Below, piece by piece: positions 30,997 through 41,800 of a DNA stretch of 64,000 bases. The position numbers were made by a program, and so were the translations under genes. Source of the stretch: Methanobacteriota archaeon (GTDB lineage: Archaea; Thermoplasmatota; E2; DHVEG-1); assembly GCA_963769885.1 (NCBI GenBank), contig CAVYNH010000004.1, positions 64,001 through 128,000 on the forward strand, in the 5' to 3' direction. Position 1 is the stretch's first letter, and every line of letters starts with the position of its first letter. A model generated the notes under the pieces. The model saw only the letters and a program-made list of their open reading frames with translations. It did no database searches and was not told where the DNA came from.

Positions 30997-31926
30997 TTAT
31001 AATGTCTCCCCAATCATCAATGAATTTTGGGCAACCGATTCATATACAATATGATAAAAGAAATCTTTAATACTCTTCGAGTTCAAAAAAATTATTGGAA
31101 GTTTCCTCACATAAGGAGGTTCATTCCATATATTATTATAGATTAAAATTTTATTACTTTGTCTAGTTTGCAAATAAGATGGCAAAGGATATTCATAGAC
31201 TAACCAAGGAACTGGAGTTAATTTGAAATTCTCCACGTTTCCTTCTGTTAGTGTTATTTCAGTTGGTTTAAATTCACTTACCATTAAATCTGCATTGGTT
31301 ACTACCACTGGAACAAACCAAAAATTATATTTTATGTCATCACGAAATTGACAGTTTTTCATATCGAGTTCATCGAGTAGTTCAGCAAAATTTGATTTTA
31401 CCCCGAATAATGCATGAGATACTTCAGATGAGGCTTGATAAATCGATGTTGAATCATTCCTAATATTTTCTTTTTTCAGCATTTGACCTTTTTTATCGTT
31501 ATCATGTCTTAAAACAATTTGATCATAACAATAGGGTATTTTTATATTTGAAAAATGTTTAAAAAAATTATATTCATTCTCTATTTGCTGAGGTAATTCA
31601 ATTGCCCAAGATTCAATTGGTGCATCCTTTGTTTTAAAGAATATCCATTTGTTTTTTGCCGAATATGATTTCTTGCACTCTAAAATTAATTTGACAGTTG
31701 CTCTATCACGATCTGGTAATCTTTTGGTTGCTACAATGTCAGCAGCTCTTGACGCTCCTTTTTCCGATGTATATCTTTGTAGAGAATAAGGTGATTCGAG
31801 GTCGCAAGACCAGTGTAATTCGGATAATTTTTCAGCAACCGCTTTTCTAAAGAAAATCCCTTCACGAGCAATCGCATTTTGGATTTCGATAAGGTTATTC
31901 AAAGGATTATTATTTTCATCATTCAT
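30997..31926 (-). CDS. PD-(D/E)XK-like nuclease, putative
   Basis: AADIVA...LILECKK motif. Confidence 0.65.
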   Translation of the reverse strand: MNDENNNPLNNLIEIQNAIAREGIFFRKAVAEKLSELHWSCDLESPYSLQRYTSEKGASRAADIVATKRLPDRDRATVKLILECKKSYSAKNKWIFFKTKDAPIESWAIELPQQIENEYNFFKHFSNIKIPYCYDQIVLRHDNDKKGQMLKKENIRNDSTSIYQASSEVSHALFGVKSNFAELLDELDMKNCQFRDDIKYNFWFVPVVVTNADLMVSEFKPTEITLTEGNVENFKLTPVPWLVYEYPLPSYLQTRQSNKILIYNNIWNEPPYVRKLPIIFLNSKSIKDFFYHIVYESVAQNSLMIGETL

Positions 31927-32108
31927 CCGGTTTTACCTCAAGAAATAGAATGGTCGGGTTGTTTTTGATGGTTTGGGTAGTTCCTTCGATAGACTTAAAA
32001 GAAAGGATGGTTAATAGGTAGTGAGGTGAGAAGATTTCTCCTGAACCAACAAATGCTGAAATAATAGCCAAGCTTGAAAGAATTGAATGGAAAGCAGGGC
32101 GTTCTTGG

Positions 32109-32327
32109 TTGATTGCCTGGGTCTTCGGAGGGTTTGCGCTCGTCGTCGCCGGATCCAGGTTCCTGAAAGACTATACAGCCTATTCATTCATGTGGGGTTA
32201 TACGCTCCTAATTACATGCCTTGGAGTTATCATCATGGCTGCTGCCTTTATTGGATGGATTTGGCATTACCGAAAAAAACCACAGGAACCACATTGCCCA
32301 CTTACAGAGAGATCGAACAAATTATAA
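32109..32327 (+). CDS. Small membrane protein
   Basis: Two hydrophobic segments; start uncertain. Confidence 0.4.
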   Translation: MIAWVFGGFALVVAGSRFLKDYTAYSFMWGYTLLITCLGVIIMAAAFIGWIWHYRKKPQEPHCPLTERSNKL

Positions 32328-32797
32328 AGAAGAATCCCTCTCTGAATTATAGAGGATTTTTGATGGATGAAAGTAAGGGGTTCAAATCCTGGGATGATTA
32401 TTTTTCCTATTGGGAGAAGAAAGTTCAGGATCTTCGAAAGGAGATGTTGTCACCTGATGCTTGCGGTATGATTTTATCAACTTTCCACACCGGCTTTGGC
32501 GTGTTGACGGTGTTGTGTCATTGCTCTGAAGAAAAAATGACGGGTTATTATCTGAAGTATGACCGTTGAACAGCAAACTTGATGTTGCTTTATCCCTTGC
32601 CAGAACAAAATATATGGACGAACATCCTCCGCTTACGGAGAAATTTATTGAAGCCCTTGGGAATTTGATAAGACAAAGGACAATATCAAAAAAACCGTGA
32701 CAAGGCTTGATCCGACTTGTTTCGTAGAATATGAATCTATGGATTAATATTTGGTGTTTCAGCGGGATGCCAATCGATATCAAAAGTAGGGAAGCAG

Positions 32798-33213
32798 CCC
32801 GGTGGATTCGTGGTGCTCGTACCCGCTCCAGAAGGCAACCGCGTGGGTAGCGTTTGCGGAACCCGGGGTGTGCCTCGAACATCCTCTTAGCGCTGTGGGA
32901 TTTTAGCATGGTCTCAGCGGCTTGGATGGAGTACCGCTTGGGGACGTTGACCTGGAAGAGGATGTGGTCTTCGGCGAAGCCGAGTTCGCCGAAGCCAAAC
33001 CCGTGGTGTTCCAGATCGTGGAACGCCTGGGTGCAGATGTCGATGTGGCTTTGTCTGCTGAAGCAGTGGTAGCGGTTTTTGGTCACAAACATCGTGGTCA
33101 CCCAGTTGTTGCGGGTGTCACCCGCAATCTTTTTAGAGCTGCCGCTCGATACCATCTCCATAAATGTATTTTCTCCTGTCGCGCCTTTACAGGGGGCAGG
33201 CGGACGCCTGCCC
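32798..33213 (-). mobile_element. tnpA: IS200/IS605 TnpA (Y1 HUH) remnant with upstream hairpin
   Basis: FVTKNRY, EDHIL (degenerate HUH), LKSHSA, RKRYPRG, then a frameshift to FWSGYEHHESTG and truncation; hairpin GGGCAGGCG-GA-CGCCTGCCC at 33194-33213. Confidence 0.75.
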
Positions 33214-33240
33214 GCGCGCGACAAAAAACAGTATATCGAG

Positions 33241-33312
33241 TGTTTTGGGAAAAAGATGGCGTCTTTCATCAGCGAGTCTTCACTGCGGTTCAGACCGCAT
33301 AGTATTCCCAGT
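33241..33312 (+). repeat. Repeat A, partial variant copy
   Basis: CTTTCATCAGCGAGTCTTCACTGCGGTTCAGACCGCATAGTATTCCC; shares its alternative 5' leader with the 45373 copy. Confidence 0.75.
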
Positions 33313-33355
33313 CCAGCAAAGAACCCAAAGAGATGGAACCAACAAAGAGAGCTGG

Positions 33356-33757
33356 TTATTTCCTTGGTTGATACTCGTGAGGTATGGTTACTGGTTTTGA
33401 ATCGACCTTGTTTTCCCGGGCAAGCCAGCCCAATGCTGCGTAGACATCCCGCTCATCCATCTGGTGTAACGTGGAGACGTCGCAGACATCGATGGTCCCT
33501 CGTGTTTCCAGCTCTTTCCATATCTTCCCTGCATCGACCCCAATCTTTCCCGTGAGATTGGTATCCCCAAGCCTATAGATAGGACCTTCCTTGCAGATCT
33601 TGTTCTCTCGGGCAAGCCAGCCAACCGCGCTGTAAAACGCGTCATCATGCATCCGCGTGGTTTCCTTTAATTTCGTTTCAGTTTGTGGTCCAAACGTCTG
33701 AAGCGTCCTCCAGATCTCTCCAGCATTCTTTCCGAATTCTTCCATGACATTCGTCAT
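33356..33757 (-). CDS. Tandem winged-helix (DUF2582-like) protein
   Basis: Two internal repeats of G..AG.IW..L...ALGWLARE.K. Confidence 0.8.
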   Translation of the reverse strand: MTNVMEEFGKNAGEIWRTLQTFGPQTETKLKETTRMHDDAFYSAVGWLARENKICKEGPIYRLGDTNLTGKIGVDAGKIWKELETRGTIDVCDVSTLHQMDERDVYAALGWLARENKVDSKPVTIPHEYQPRK

Positions 33758-33862
33758 ATATGTCCACCTTCAAAAATTACATATGTAACAGAAGTCTATA
33801 TAAGACCTTTTTGTCTGTGAAAATCTGTAAGAGGATTGACTCAGGAGAATAATCTGGAGTTG

Positions 33863-34264
33863 CTATTTCAATTTTATTTGGTATTTTTTTGGTATTGTTT
33901 TCGTTGTTTCTATTTTATCTTCTCGAGCGAGCCATCCTAATGCGCAGTAGACATCTTTTTCATCTATCTGGAGATGATTCATAATGTTGTGCATGTCAAC
34001 CTTTCCGTGCATCTCCATTATTTTCCATACCTTTCCTGCATCGGCTCCGATTTTATCGGTTAAATTTGTTTCTCCAAGTTTGTATATAGGTCCATCTTTG
34101 CAAATTTTATTTTCTCGTGCCAGCCATCCAATTGCCACATAGAATTCATTATCATGGAATCGTGTGGTTTCTTTGAGTCTTGTTTCAGTTAACGGTCCGT
34201 AGGTATTCAGCGTCTTCCATACCTCTCCAGCATTCTTTCCGAATTCTTCCATGACATTCGTCAT
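33863..34264 (-). CDS. Tandem winged-helix (DUF2582-like) protein, paralog
   Basis: Same architecture; first 40 nt identical to the 33757 gene; start set at MTNVMEEF. Confidence 0.8.
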   Translation of the reverse strand: MTNVMEEFGKNAGEVWKTLNTYGPLTETRLKETTRFHDNEFYVAIGWLARENKICKDGPIYKLGETNLTDKIGADAGKVWKIMEMHGKVDMHNIMNHLQIDEKDVYCALGWLAREDKIETTKTIPKKYQIKLK

Positions 34265-34340
34265 CAAGTGTCCACCTTCGTGCATGGATACGTAATAGAG
34301 ATACCTATAAAGGTTTTTTCGAGAGAAAGAAAAGAATGGA

Positions 34341-34871
34341 TTAGAGTAATTTCTTCTTCTGCTTGATTCCAGGGTTGAGGAACTCGCTTCGCTTTATCGG
34401 AAGGACCACGTCCAACATAGTTACAGAAGCGATATTCCCCGCATAGGTGGTAAGGAACAGTTCTTGGAATTGCTTCGCCTTAGCCACATCAGGGGCGGTG
34501 AACACAAAGACCTGATCAATCGTTCCACCACCAACCCAGAAGTCATCCTCCACAACGACATCAACCCCCTCGCCGGCCTTATCAATGGTCCTTTTCACAA
34601 GGATATCCTCAAAATCGTTCTCAACTGGCATGTGCCTCCATTGCACGAGCGGCACGTAGCTTTTCCTGTTGATTTTCTCCATGTCAGCCACGGCATGGTA
34701 TCCCCACGTCAACTGGTCTGCATCAATATTTTTCACAATACGCCATACTTTCTGTCGGGAGAAGCCGCAATGCTTCGCGATAATATCCAAGCGTTCGTTA
34801 CTGTTTTTCTGAAGTTCTGCAAGCACTTTTACCCGATCATCCTTCATTTGTTTCTTACTGACCTTCGTCAT
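34341..34871 (-). CDS. Lrp/AsnC-family transcriptional regulator
   Basis: N-terminal HTH (IAKHCGFSRQKVWRIVK) followed by a RAM-like domain. Confidence 0.8.
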   Translation of the reverse strand: MTKVSKKQMKDDRVKVLAELQKNSNERLDIIAKHCGFSRQKVWRIVKNIDADQLTWGYHAVADMEKINRKSYVPLVQWRHMPVENDFEDILVKRTIDKAGEGVDVVVEDDFWVGGGTIDQVFVFTAPDVAKAKQFQELFLTTYAGNIASVTMLDVVLPIKRSEFLNPGIKQKKKLL

Positions 34872-34973
34872 CCAAACAATCTCCCTGCATCCGTTTTTTC
34901 GTAAGCGATATCTAAGAAAGGTATTTTATTTTTTTCTACAAAAAGAAATTTCTATTCATTGAATTGAATGAAA

Positions 34974-35079
34974 TGAAATAGAGGCTTTTCGTCTATGACC
35001 CCGTTCCGCCTTCGTTCCTTTCATCTGCGGATCTGAACCGCAGTAAAAATCGCGCAGTATTCCCGGCCGCTATTGATAA
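34974..35079 (+). repeat. Repeat A, full copy (central 16 bp inverted)
   Basis: Matches 53524-53630 except for TCTGAACCGCAGTAAA at 35032-35047. Confidence 0.9.
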
Positions 35080-35139
35080 GATCAGGCTTTGCACATAAAA
35101 TATTTTTCTCCTTCTAATGATAAATAAAAAATACTTAAA

Positions 35140-35559
35140 TTATTCATCCCATCGAGGTTTCACCCATGAATCAATAAATCGCTTCGTAAGGTCTGGTCTT
35201 GCATGTGCTAGATCAGTAAGAGTAACCATTCCGACAAGAGTACCATTAGATATGACTGGGAGTTTTTTAATTTTATATTTTTCCATCAACTCCAATGCCT
35301 TCTCTATTGTTTCCAATGATTGAATTGTTTTAACATCAGAAGACATAATTTCACTGACTTTGGTTTTTTTAGGGTCTCTGCCAGGGCAAACAATTTTTTG
35401 AATGATGTCACGTTCCGTTATGATACCTACACAAGATTCTTTCTCAGTTACAATTAAACAACCAACTTTATTATCACGATATATACGACATGCATCAGTA
35501 ACTGTATCATCAGGAGTTACAGTGATTATTTTTTTAATCATTATTTCGTTGACCAGCAT
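35140..35559 (-). CDS. CBS-domain protein
   Basis: VGIITERDI and KLPVI...LVGMVT CBS pair. Confidence 0.9.
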   Translation of the reverse strand: MLVNEIMIKKIITVTPDDTVTDACRIYRDNKVGCLIVTEKESCVGIITERDIIQKIVCPGRDPKKTKVSEIMSSDVKTIQSLETIEKALELMEKYKIKKLPVISNGTLVGMVTLTDLAHARPDLTKRFIDSWVKPRWDE

Positions 35560-35586
35560 ATATTTTTTATCTCCTCTTTTATCTCA

Positions 35587-35961
35587 TCAATATTTTTTTA
35601 AGATACGATCAACGCTAGCTTTCAATTCCATGACGTCGAAGGGTTTGACGATGTACTCCTCGGAGGCCATGCGGCCCATGCCAACGCTAAAATCGTCGCC
35701 TTTTGCCGTGAGGAAAACGATAGGGATGCTGCTCAATTCTTCGTGCTGCTTGATGTGAGCGGCGACGTCCCAGCCGCTCATCCCTGGCATCATGATATCT
35801 AAGATAATAAGGTCGGGTCGTTCACGTTCCAATTTCCACAGGCAGACCATTCCGCTCTCAGCAGAGACGACATCATAGCCGCTGGCCTTGAGTATCTGTC
35901 CGACCGTCAGTCGGATGTCCGTCTCGTCATCAACCACCATGATTTTCTTACGCATGATCAA
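35587..35961 (-). CDS. Stand-alone response regulator receiver
   Basis: VVDDE, LDIMMPGMSG, FLTA, YIVKPF. Confidence 0.92.
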   Translation of the reverse strand: MIMRKKIMVVDDETDIRLTVGQILKASGYDVVSAESGMVCLWKLERERPDLIILDIMMPGMSGWDVAAHIKQHEELSSIPIVFLTAKGDDFSVGMGRMASEEYIVKPFDVMELKASVDRILKKY

Positions 35962-36500
35962 GCGCCCCGTTTGAAGATTGATATACGCTTTTTTTCAGAC
36001 ATATTTATCCCATCATCCATATTTTCCCAAAATCCCTTATCATACTTATTATTGCAATCCTGTATTCTAAATATTTTTTTGAAAAACTTTTTTCTGTTTT
36101 TTCAAGCTGAAAATCAATTTTATGAGTATCAAGAATGCCGTCTGATTCCTGCTCCTTCATCATCCCTCAGATATGGTATATGCATCAATGAGAATTTAAA
36201 ATGATTCCATGCCTTTTTCCAGCAAAATTCAAAAAAAATTCGTATATTCCATTGTCTTGAAGAATTTTTTCGCTTTTTTATCAAGCTGTTGTCAGGAAGT
36301 TCGATATTATTCTATGGTAATTTATTTACTTAATAAAAATCAAGTGAAAAATTCTAGTTCTTATAGAATCCTCCTGCTTTTTCCAGAAGGTGCCACCATC
36401 CTTAATATTAGTAATAATCCGAGAAAAACAGAATATAATTAACAATTGAATCCAAAAGTATAATAATAAAATTTGTATTACCTAATCAGGAGGGAGACAT

Positions 36501-38483
36501 ATGAAAAAAAGACGCTTTAGTGTAGTAATAATATTGATGCTGGTCCTGTCAACGACGACCCTAATTTACTTAAACAACCCAATAACGAAAGCAGGCACAC
36601 AAAATTGGTTTCCACTGATTCCGGATGGGTTTGGAAAGGCTTCAAACGTGGCGACACGAGGCATGGCTATCTTCAAAGGTGATCTCTACGTCGGCACTCA
36701 AAACAATAATCCTATCCTCCATAATCTAGAACTCGGTGGTTTCCCTGCAAGCACACTCATCTTGATGGCGGATGGCTCTTCCAAAACTGTTGAACAAATC
36801 AGGGTTGGGGACATGGTGAAAGCCTATGATTTCGATAGTAACGTCTTCACCAGAGCCAGGGTAACTTCATTAATGCAGACCTCTCTTCAAGATATATCCA
36901 GCCTCATCGTAATCAACAACAAAGTCACTGCAAGCCCGTATCAACTCTTTTCTGTCGGCGATACCTTGAATATCGCTGAGAATCTCAGAATCGGTGACCG
37001 TCTAGTAGATAGCCATGGATTAGCCGCCCCGATAACCTCAACATCTCAAATCACCAACCTCGGAAAAGTATATAGTTTCACTATGACGGTGAATATATCA
37101 CAACTCGGCAGCCTTGCATTCTATGCTAACAATATCCAGGTGTATCCCTGGGTTCCGAATCAGCCTGCACAACCGTATGGACTGCAGGGTGGGCAAGAGG
37201 GACGAGATGGGGAATGCATCGACTCACTGTTCCCATTACTCAAAGGATTGGGGAACTGGACTGCGACAAAGATATGCAATGTAGGAATTGATCTTATCGC
37301 AGCGTCTAGTGACGGTGGTGAACTATGGAAATATAATGCAACCCAACAACACCCCTGGACGCCAATCATCGGGAACACCAGCAGGATACACTCTGGGTTC
37401 AACCACACTACGAACTGGGTGATAACCGCTCCAACGGTGTTTACGAACAATACTAACATGACTCACCTTTACGTTGGTACATGGCGATCAAGAATCCCCC
37501 TCGACCAACCGTTAGTTGGCGGCTGTCAGATATGGCGATTCGATGGGACGACATGGCAAGAAGTCGTCTTCGCTGGATTCGGCGATGCCTACAATGTCGG
37601 TGTCATGACCATGGCGGTCTTCAATAACACCCTCTACGCGGGTACGTTGAACTTCAACTGGATGTCGAACGGATTCACGCAAATCTGGCGGACTGTGGAT
37701 GGTGTGAATTGGAATAAGGTCGTCGATCGAGGATTCCGAGATGTGCAGCCGGTAGGGGGCTTCAAGAATGCATATACTTGGAGTATGGGCGTGTTCCAAA
37801 ACCAGCTCTACGCTGGGACATTCAATATCCCCGTCGGTGATAATAGTACGCAGGGCTGCCAGCTCTATCGAACCTCTACTGGTAATCCGAGTGATTGGAC
37901 CCTAGTACCCATCAATGGTTCAGCGTATGGCATCGGAGAACAAACGATATTCTATGGCATTCGGAACTTAATAAATTATAACAACCAATATTTCTACGTT
38001 GGCGTCACCGCCAGTTTCTTGCAACGGAAACTGCAAAACCATCCCGATCCCAAGGGGCTTGAGATCTGGAGGTACGCAGGAGGAACCAGTTGGACTTGTA
38101 TGGCGGGGGACAAGGCGACGAACAACCCTAACTCCACTAGCTACTGTGGTTTCGGCAATTACTATAATAAATACCCCTGGTCGATGGCTCTGTGTGGTGG
38201 CAAGCTCTGGGTAGGGACCGCAAATACACAAGAACTAGCGAATTGGTCTTCGATTACCCAAGGAGGCGAAGTCTGGCGGCTAGATAATACAACATGGACG
38301 CAGGTTGTAGGAAACCGATCAGGCGCTGAAATGCCGAGCGGGTTTGATGAATTGTTAAATTGGGCCATGCGGTCGATGATTGAGTACCCCAAGGACAGCG
38401 GACAGCTCATCGTGGGAACCTACAGTGATCAGACCTACACGAATCCTCCGGAAGCCTGCGAGATCTGGATCCGGTATCCATAA
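36501..38483 (+). CDS. Secreted beta-propeller protein with inserted Hint-like domain
   Basis: Repeated M..F...LY.GT.N....IWR blades; GFPASTLILMADGS.K.VEQIRVGD.V...KVYSF...FYANNIQV insert. Confidence 0.8.
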   Translation: MKKRRFSVVIILMLVLSTTTLIYLNNPITKAGTQNWFPLIPDGFGKASNVATRGMAIFKGDLYVGTQNNNPILHNLELGGFPASTLILMADGSSKTVEQIRVGDMVKAYDFDSNVFTRARVTSLMQTSLQDISSLIVINNKVTASPYQLFSVGDTLNIAENLRIGDRLVDSHGLAAPITSTSQITNLGKVYSFTMTVNISQLGSLAFYANNIQVYPWVPNQPAQPYGLQGGQEGRDGECIDSLFPLLKGLGNWTATKICNVGIDLIAASSDGGELWKYNATQQHPWTPIIGNTSRIHSGFNHTTNWVITAPTVFTNNTNMTHLYVGTWRSRIPLDQPLVGGCQIWRFDGTTWQEVVFAGFGDAYNVGVMTMAVFNNTLYAGTLNFNWMSNGFTQIWRTVDGVNWNKVVDRGFRDVQPVGGFKNAYTWSMGVFQNQLYAGTFNIPVGDNSTQGCQLYRTSTGNPSDWTLVPINGSAYGIGEQTIFYGIRNLINYNNQYFYVGVTASFLQRKLQNHPDPKGLEIWRYAGGTSWTCMAGDKATNNPNSTSYCGFGNYYNKYPWSMALCGGKLWVGTANTQELANWSSITQGGEVWRLDNTTWTQVVGNRSGAEMPSGFDELLNWAMRSMIEYPKDSGQLIVGTYSDQTYTNPPEACEIWIRYP

Positions 38484-38495
38484 AGAAACAGAAGG

Positions 38496-38540
38496 AAATG
38501 GCTGGCCTTTGCGTGATGGTGCCGGCCATTTTTCTCCTCT
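38496..38540 (+). terminator. Hairpin plus T-rich tract after the propeller gene
   Basis: AAATGGCTGGC...GCCGGCCATTT followed by pyrimidines. Confidence 0.5.
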
Positions 38541-38866
38541 TTTCTTCGATGGCATGTTACGCAATCGACGCATTAGCTTGTTCTGCAAGTTAAAATTATA
38601 GTTGATATTGGACCTGTGAGGGTTCCGTTTATAGGGAGGGGGGTTCTCCCCGATGTGTCGGGGGAATTCTTTGTATTGGAATCGAAGATTAAAGGTCTGA
38701 ATGAGCAAAGAGGTTACGAATTTCACTCAATTCTCTCTGTCTCTTCTCAGTCAGAATATATCGCAATATCGGGAAAAAGGTGATCCGGCGGACTTCATGA
38801 ATGGATAATGCAAGACTTCAAATTAGAGAAAAAAGAGAGATAGAATCAGGGGAGGATCCCCTGATT

Positions 38867-41800
38867 CTACAGGCCGCTGACGCTGAACACAAACGCGGAG
38901 ACGAGATGATGCTGGTCGCTGTCGATGAGGACGTTCCCCTGCTGGTCGCAGAATGCCGCATAGACCCGATATTGCCCATTCCCATGTCTGAGGTCATCGG
39001 TTTTCACAAGGCCATGGAAGATGCTGTCAAGGGCCAACAGCCCGCCGCTTTGAATGAGCCGCGGGGTTTGCTCGTCAACCGCCTTCGTATCCAGCATCCA
39101 TTGTCCAGTCCGCGGGTCCTGGAACTCCACCTGGATCAGGAGGTAGCCCCGGATGTCCGTGATCCCAGTGTTCTTGATCTTCGACTGGTTCCGGCACTGC
39201 ACGACCAACCGAGGCTGGCATCCAATCCCCTGGAACTCATAGGAGGAGATAGCGACGTATTCATTCCCGGTCGGCGTGGTCCCGCTGATGTCCCTGCTGC
39301 TACGTAGGCAGAGTTTTGTCACTCCGATCCGATTGATCCAGCCGAGCCCCTGGCTGTTGAGGGAGAGATCGTTGAACCCGTTGACGAAGTTATTAGTGTT
39401 GAACTGCCCGCCGTTCCCTGAATACAGGCTCTTGTCGTAATCCGTGACGATGAGAGGATTATGGGGATAGGTCGGCTGTCCGTTCTGGACCGTGATCAGG
39501 AAGTCTGTCGTCGAGTAGTCACCCATTTTATAGAGGCCTAGTGTGGCGGCGTCGATGATGGCGTTCGACGGGATTCGTGTCGTGTCGAAGAAGAGGAATC
39601 CTCGGTAAAGGGAGTATGGTCCGAACGGTGGATTGAATTTTTGCCCGATGAGGATGGAGGCGCCAGTGTTGTCGACGGTGCCTCGGGTGCTTGTCCACGC
39701 GGTGTTGTAATTCGTGTTCGAGTTGTAGATATAGCCATCCGTTGCTTGGGAGTAGAGCGTGATGCTGGGATCGACCTCGGGGAATGCGTCGGTCAGTTCA
39801 ATGACCTCTCCTTTGGTGTACGAGGTTTTGAGCGTACCGACGCTAAGGGTCGCATGGGCGGCGATGTCGAAGTAGAATCCGGTCGCGGTTTGCTCGTTGC
39901 CGAGGTTATCGACGGCCCTGACGCTCACGGGATATCGCCCGGTGAGCCAGGTGTCGTTGAAGTAGCACTCGTATCTGTTCGGGACGCCAGTGACGAGGGT
40001 CATTGGGATCTGTGTTTCTTTCATTTGTTGGGATTGGTTCGGTAACTGGATTGCTGCTGTTGCTGCCTTCACGCCGCTGATGTTATCCATGATGGTGGCT
40101 TGGATGTGGATTTGTGAGCCGAAGCCACTCAGTGAGGGCGTGACCAAGACTGACGTGATGTACGGTCCGTCGGCGTCGAACGTGGCATGGTGGGTCTCGG
40201 TGGAGCTTTGATTGCCCTGGATGTCGATGGCGTGGGCGGAGAAGGTGTAGGTGCCGGAGAGTCCGGTGAAGGTGTGGGCGAGCTTGTGGACGCTGTTGTT
40301 GTAGGAGGCTTGGATTTCTTCCCAGCTTAATGCCCTGGCGTAGAGCTGCGGCTCGTCGAGGAGGCCGCGGAAATGGTGGTACTCCGCCGTGTTCTCTTCT
40401 GAGAGGCAGGTCTCCTGGTTGTTTGTGATGTCGCGGACGGTGCCGGTGGTGCTCTGGTCGAATTCGCCGTCGACGTAGAGTCGAAGCTCGGTGCCCTGCC
40501 GGACGTAGGCGATGTGATGCCATGCCTCGGCGGTGATGGGGATGGTTCCGGTGAGGCTGGTGGTTTGGCCTGGGAGTGATCCTTGCGAGGTGAAGATGCG
40601 TGCGTATGAATTGGAGATGCCGCAGTAGTATCCCTGGCCGGTGGCTTCAGGCTGGTTGCTCAGGATGATGCGGATGCTTGGGGGCTCGAAGGAGACGGGG
40701 ACGTTCACCCACGTCATGAAGGTGAAGTCGCCTGTTCCTAAGTTCAGGCTAGGGTCTTTTCCGCAGTGGACCGCATCGTCGATGCCGTCAAAGTCTAATG
40801 CCTTTCCGAATTTCCCGGTGACAATATCGGATGGCCCAAGGCCTCCCCAGAAGACCCCGTTGTTGTGATACGTCGAGTCGTCAATCACACTGGTATCGTT
40901 GTAGTCGTCCATGGGCCAGTAGCCGCGGAGGGTTCTGTTCCAGTCGATGAACGCCGCTGTCTGGAGGCCGTCCTCGACGGTGGCGTTCACTTGTGCCCAG
41001 CTCTGGTTGATCATCGCGTTATCTGGCGGTGTGGGCGGGACAAAGTAGATGATGGGGGTGGGCGTGACCGTGAAGTTGAACTCGTTTGAGTAGTTGGTGT
41101 TGTTCGCGTTGTCGACGGCCCATACCCGGCCTCTGTATTCGCCGCTCTGCTGGGTGTCGGAGAAGGTGAGGAAGTAGCTGTCGTTGATGATGTGGGTCAT
41201 GGGGTATTCAGCCGTCGAGTTGTCGGGGGCGGTGATGTTGACCCAGGCGGTGTTGATGCCGCTGTCGTTGTCGGCGATCACTGCCGCTATTGAGGCGTTC
41301 ATGCCGACGCCGACGACTTCCGGCGTGACGTCGAGGTACGTGATCTTCGGCGGGGTCATCTCGAAGGTGATGTTGAGCTGTTTTGTTATGGAGTGGAGTT
41401 GGTGTGTATCATCGGTCACGGTCAGCGTGACGTTGTATTGGCCTACGTTTTCATAGAAGTGGGTCACGTTTCGACCATTGGTGATGTTTCCATCCCCGAA
41501 ATTCCACGTCCAATCGGTGATATGGAGGCCGTCGCAGGCGGCCGAGGTGTCATTGAAGACGATGGGGTAATCCGGGTTAACGTAGGGGTAGTTCGGGACG
41601 CTGAGGTTGTAGCTAACGTTGAGCGGCATGACCGAGACGTTGACTGAAATCTCCTCTATGTAGTTATTCGCATCCGAGACCCTGAGACGAACGACGTTGT
41701 CGTCTCCGGCTCTTTCGAAGTGATGGACCAGGGTCTGTTCATGGTGGGGGATCAGCTCGTTGTTTATGGTCCACTCATAGTCGACGGGGGCAATCGCGCC

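Noticed and set aside
32382-33269. 295-aa ORF as an intact gene
   Set aside because: It is a read-through of a frameshifted tnpA relic into unrelated sequence.
36738-37148. Active intein
   Set aside because: The catalytic Cys1, block-B His and terminal His-Asn are all absent.
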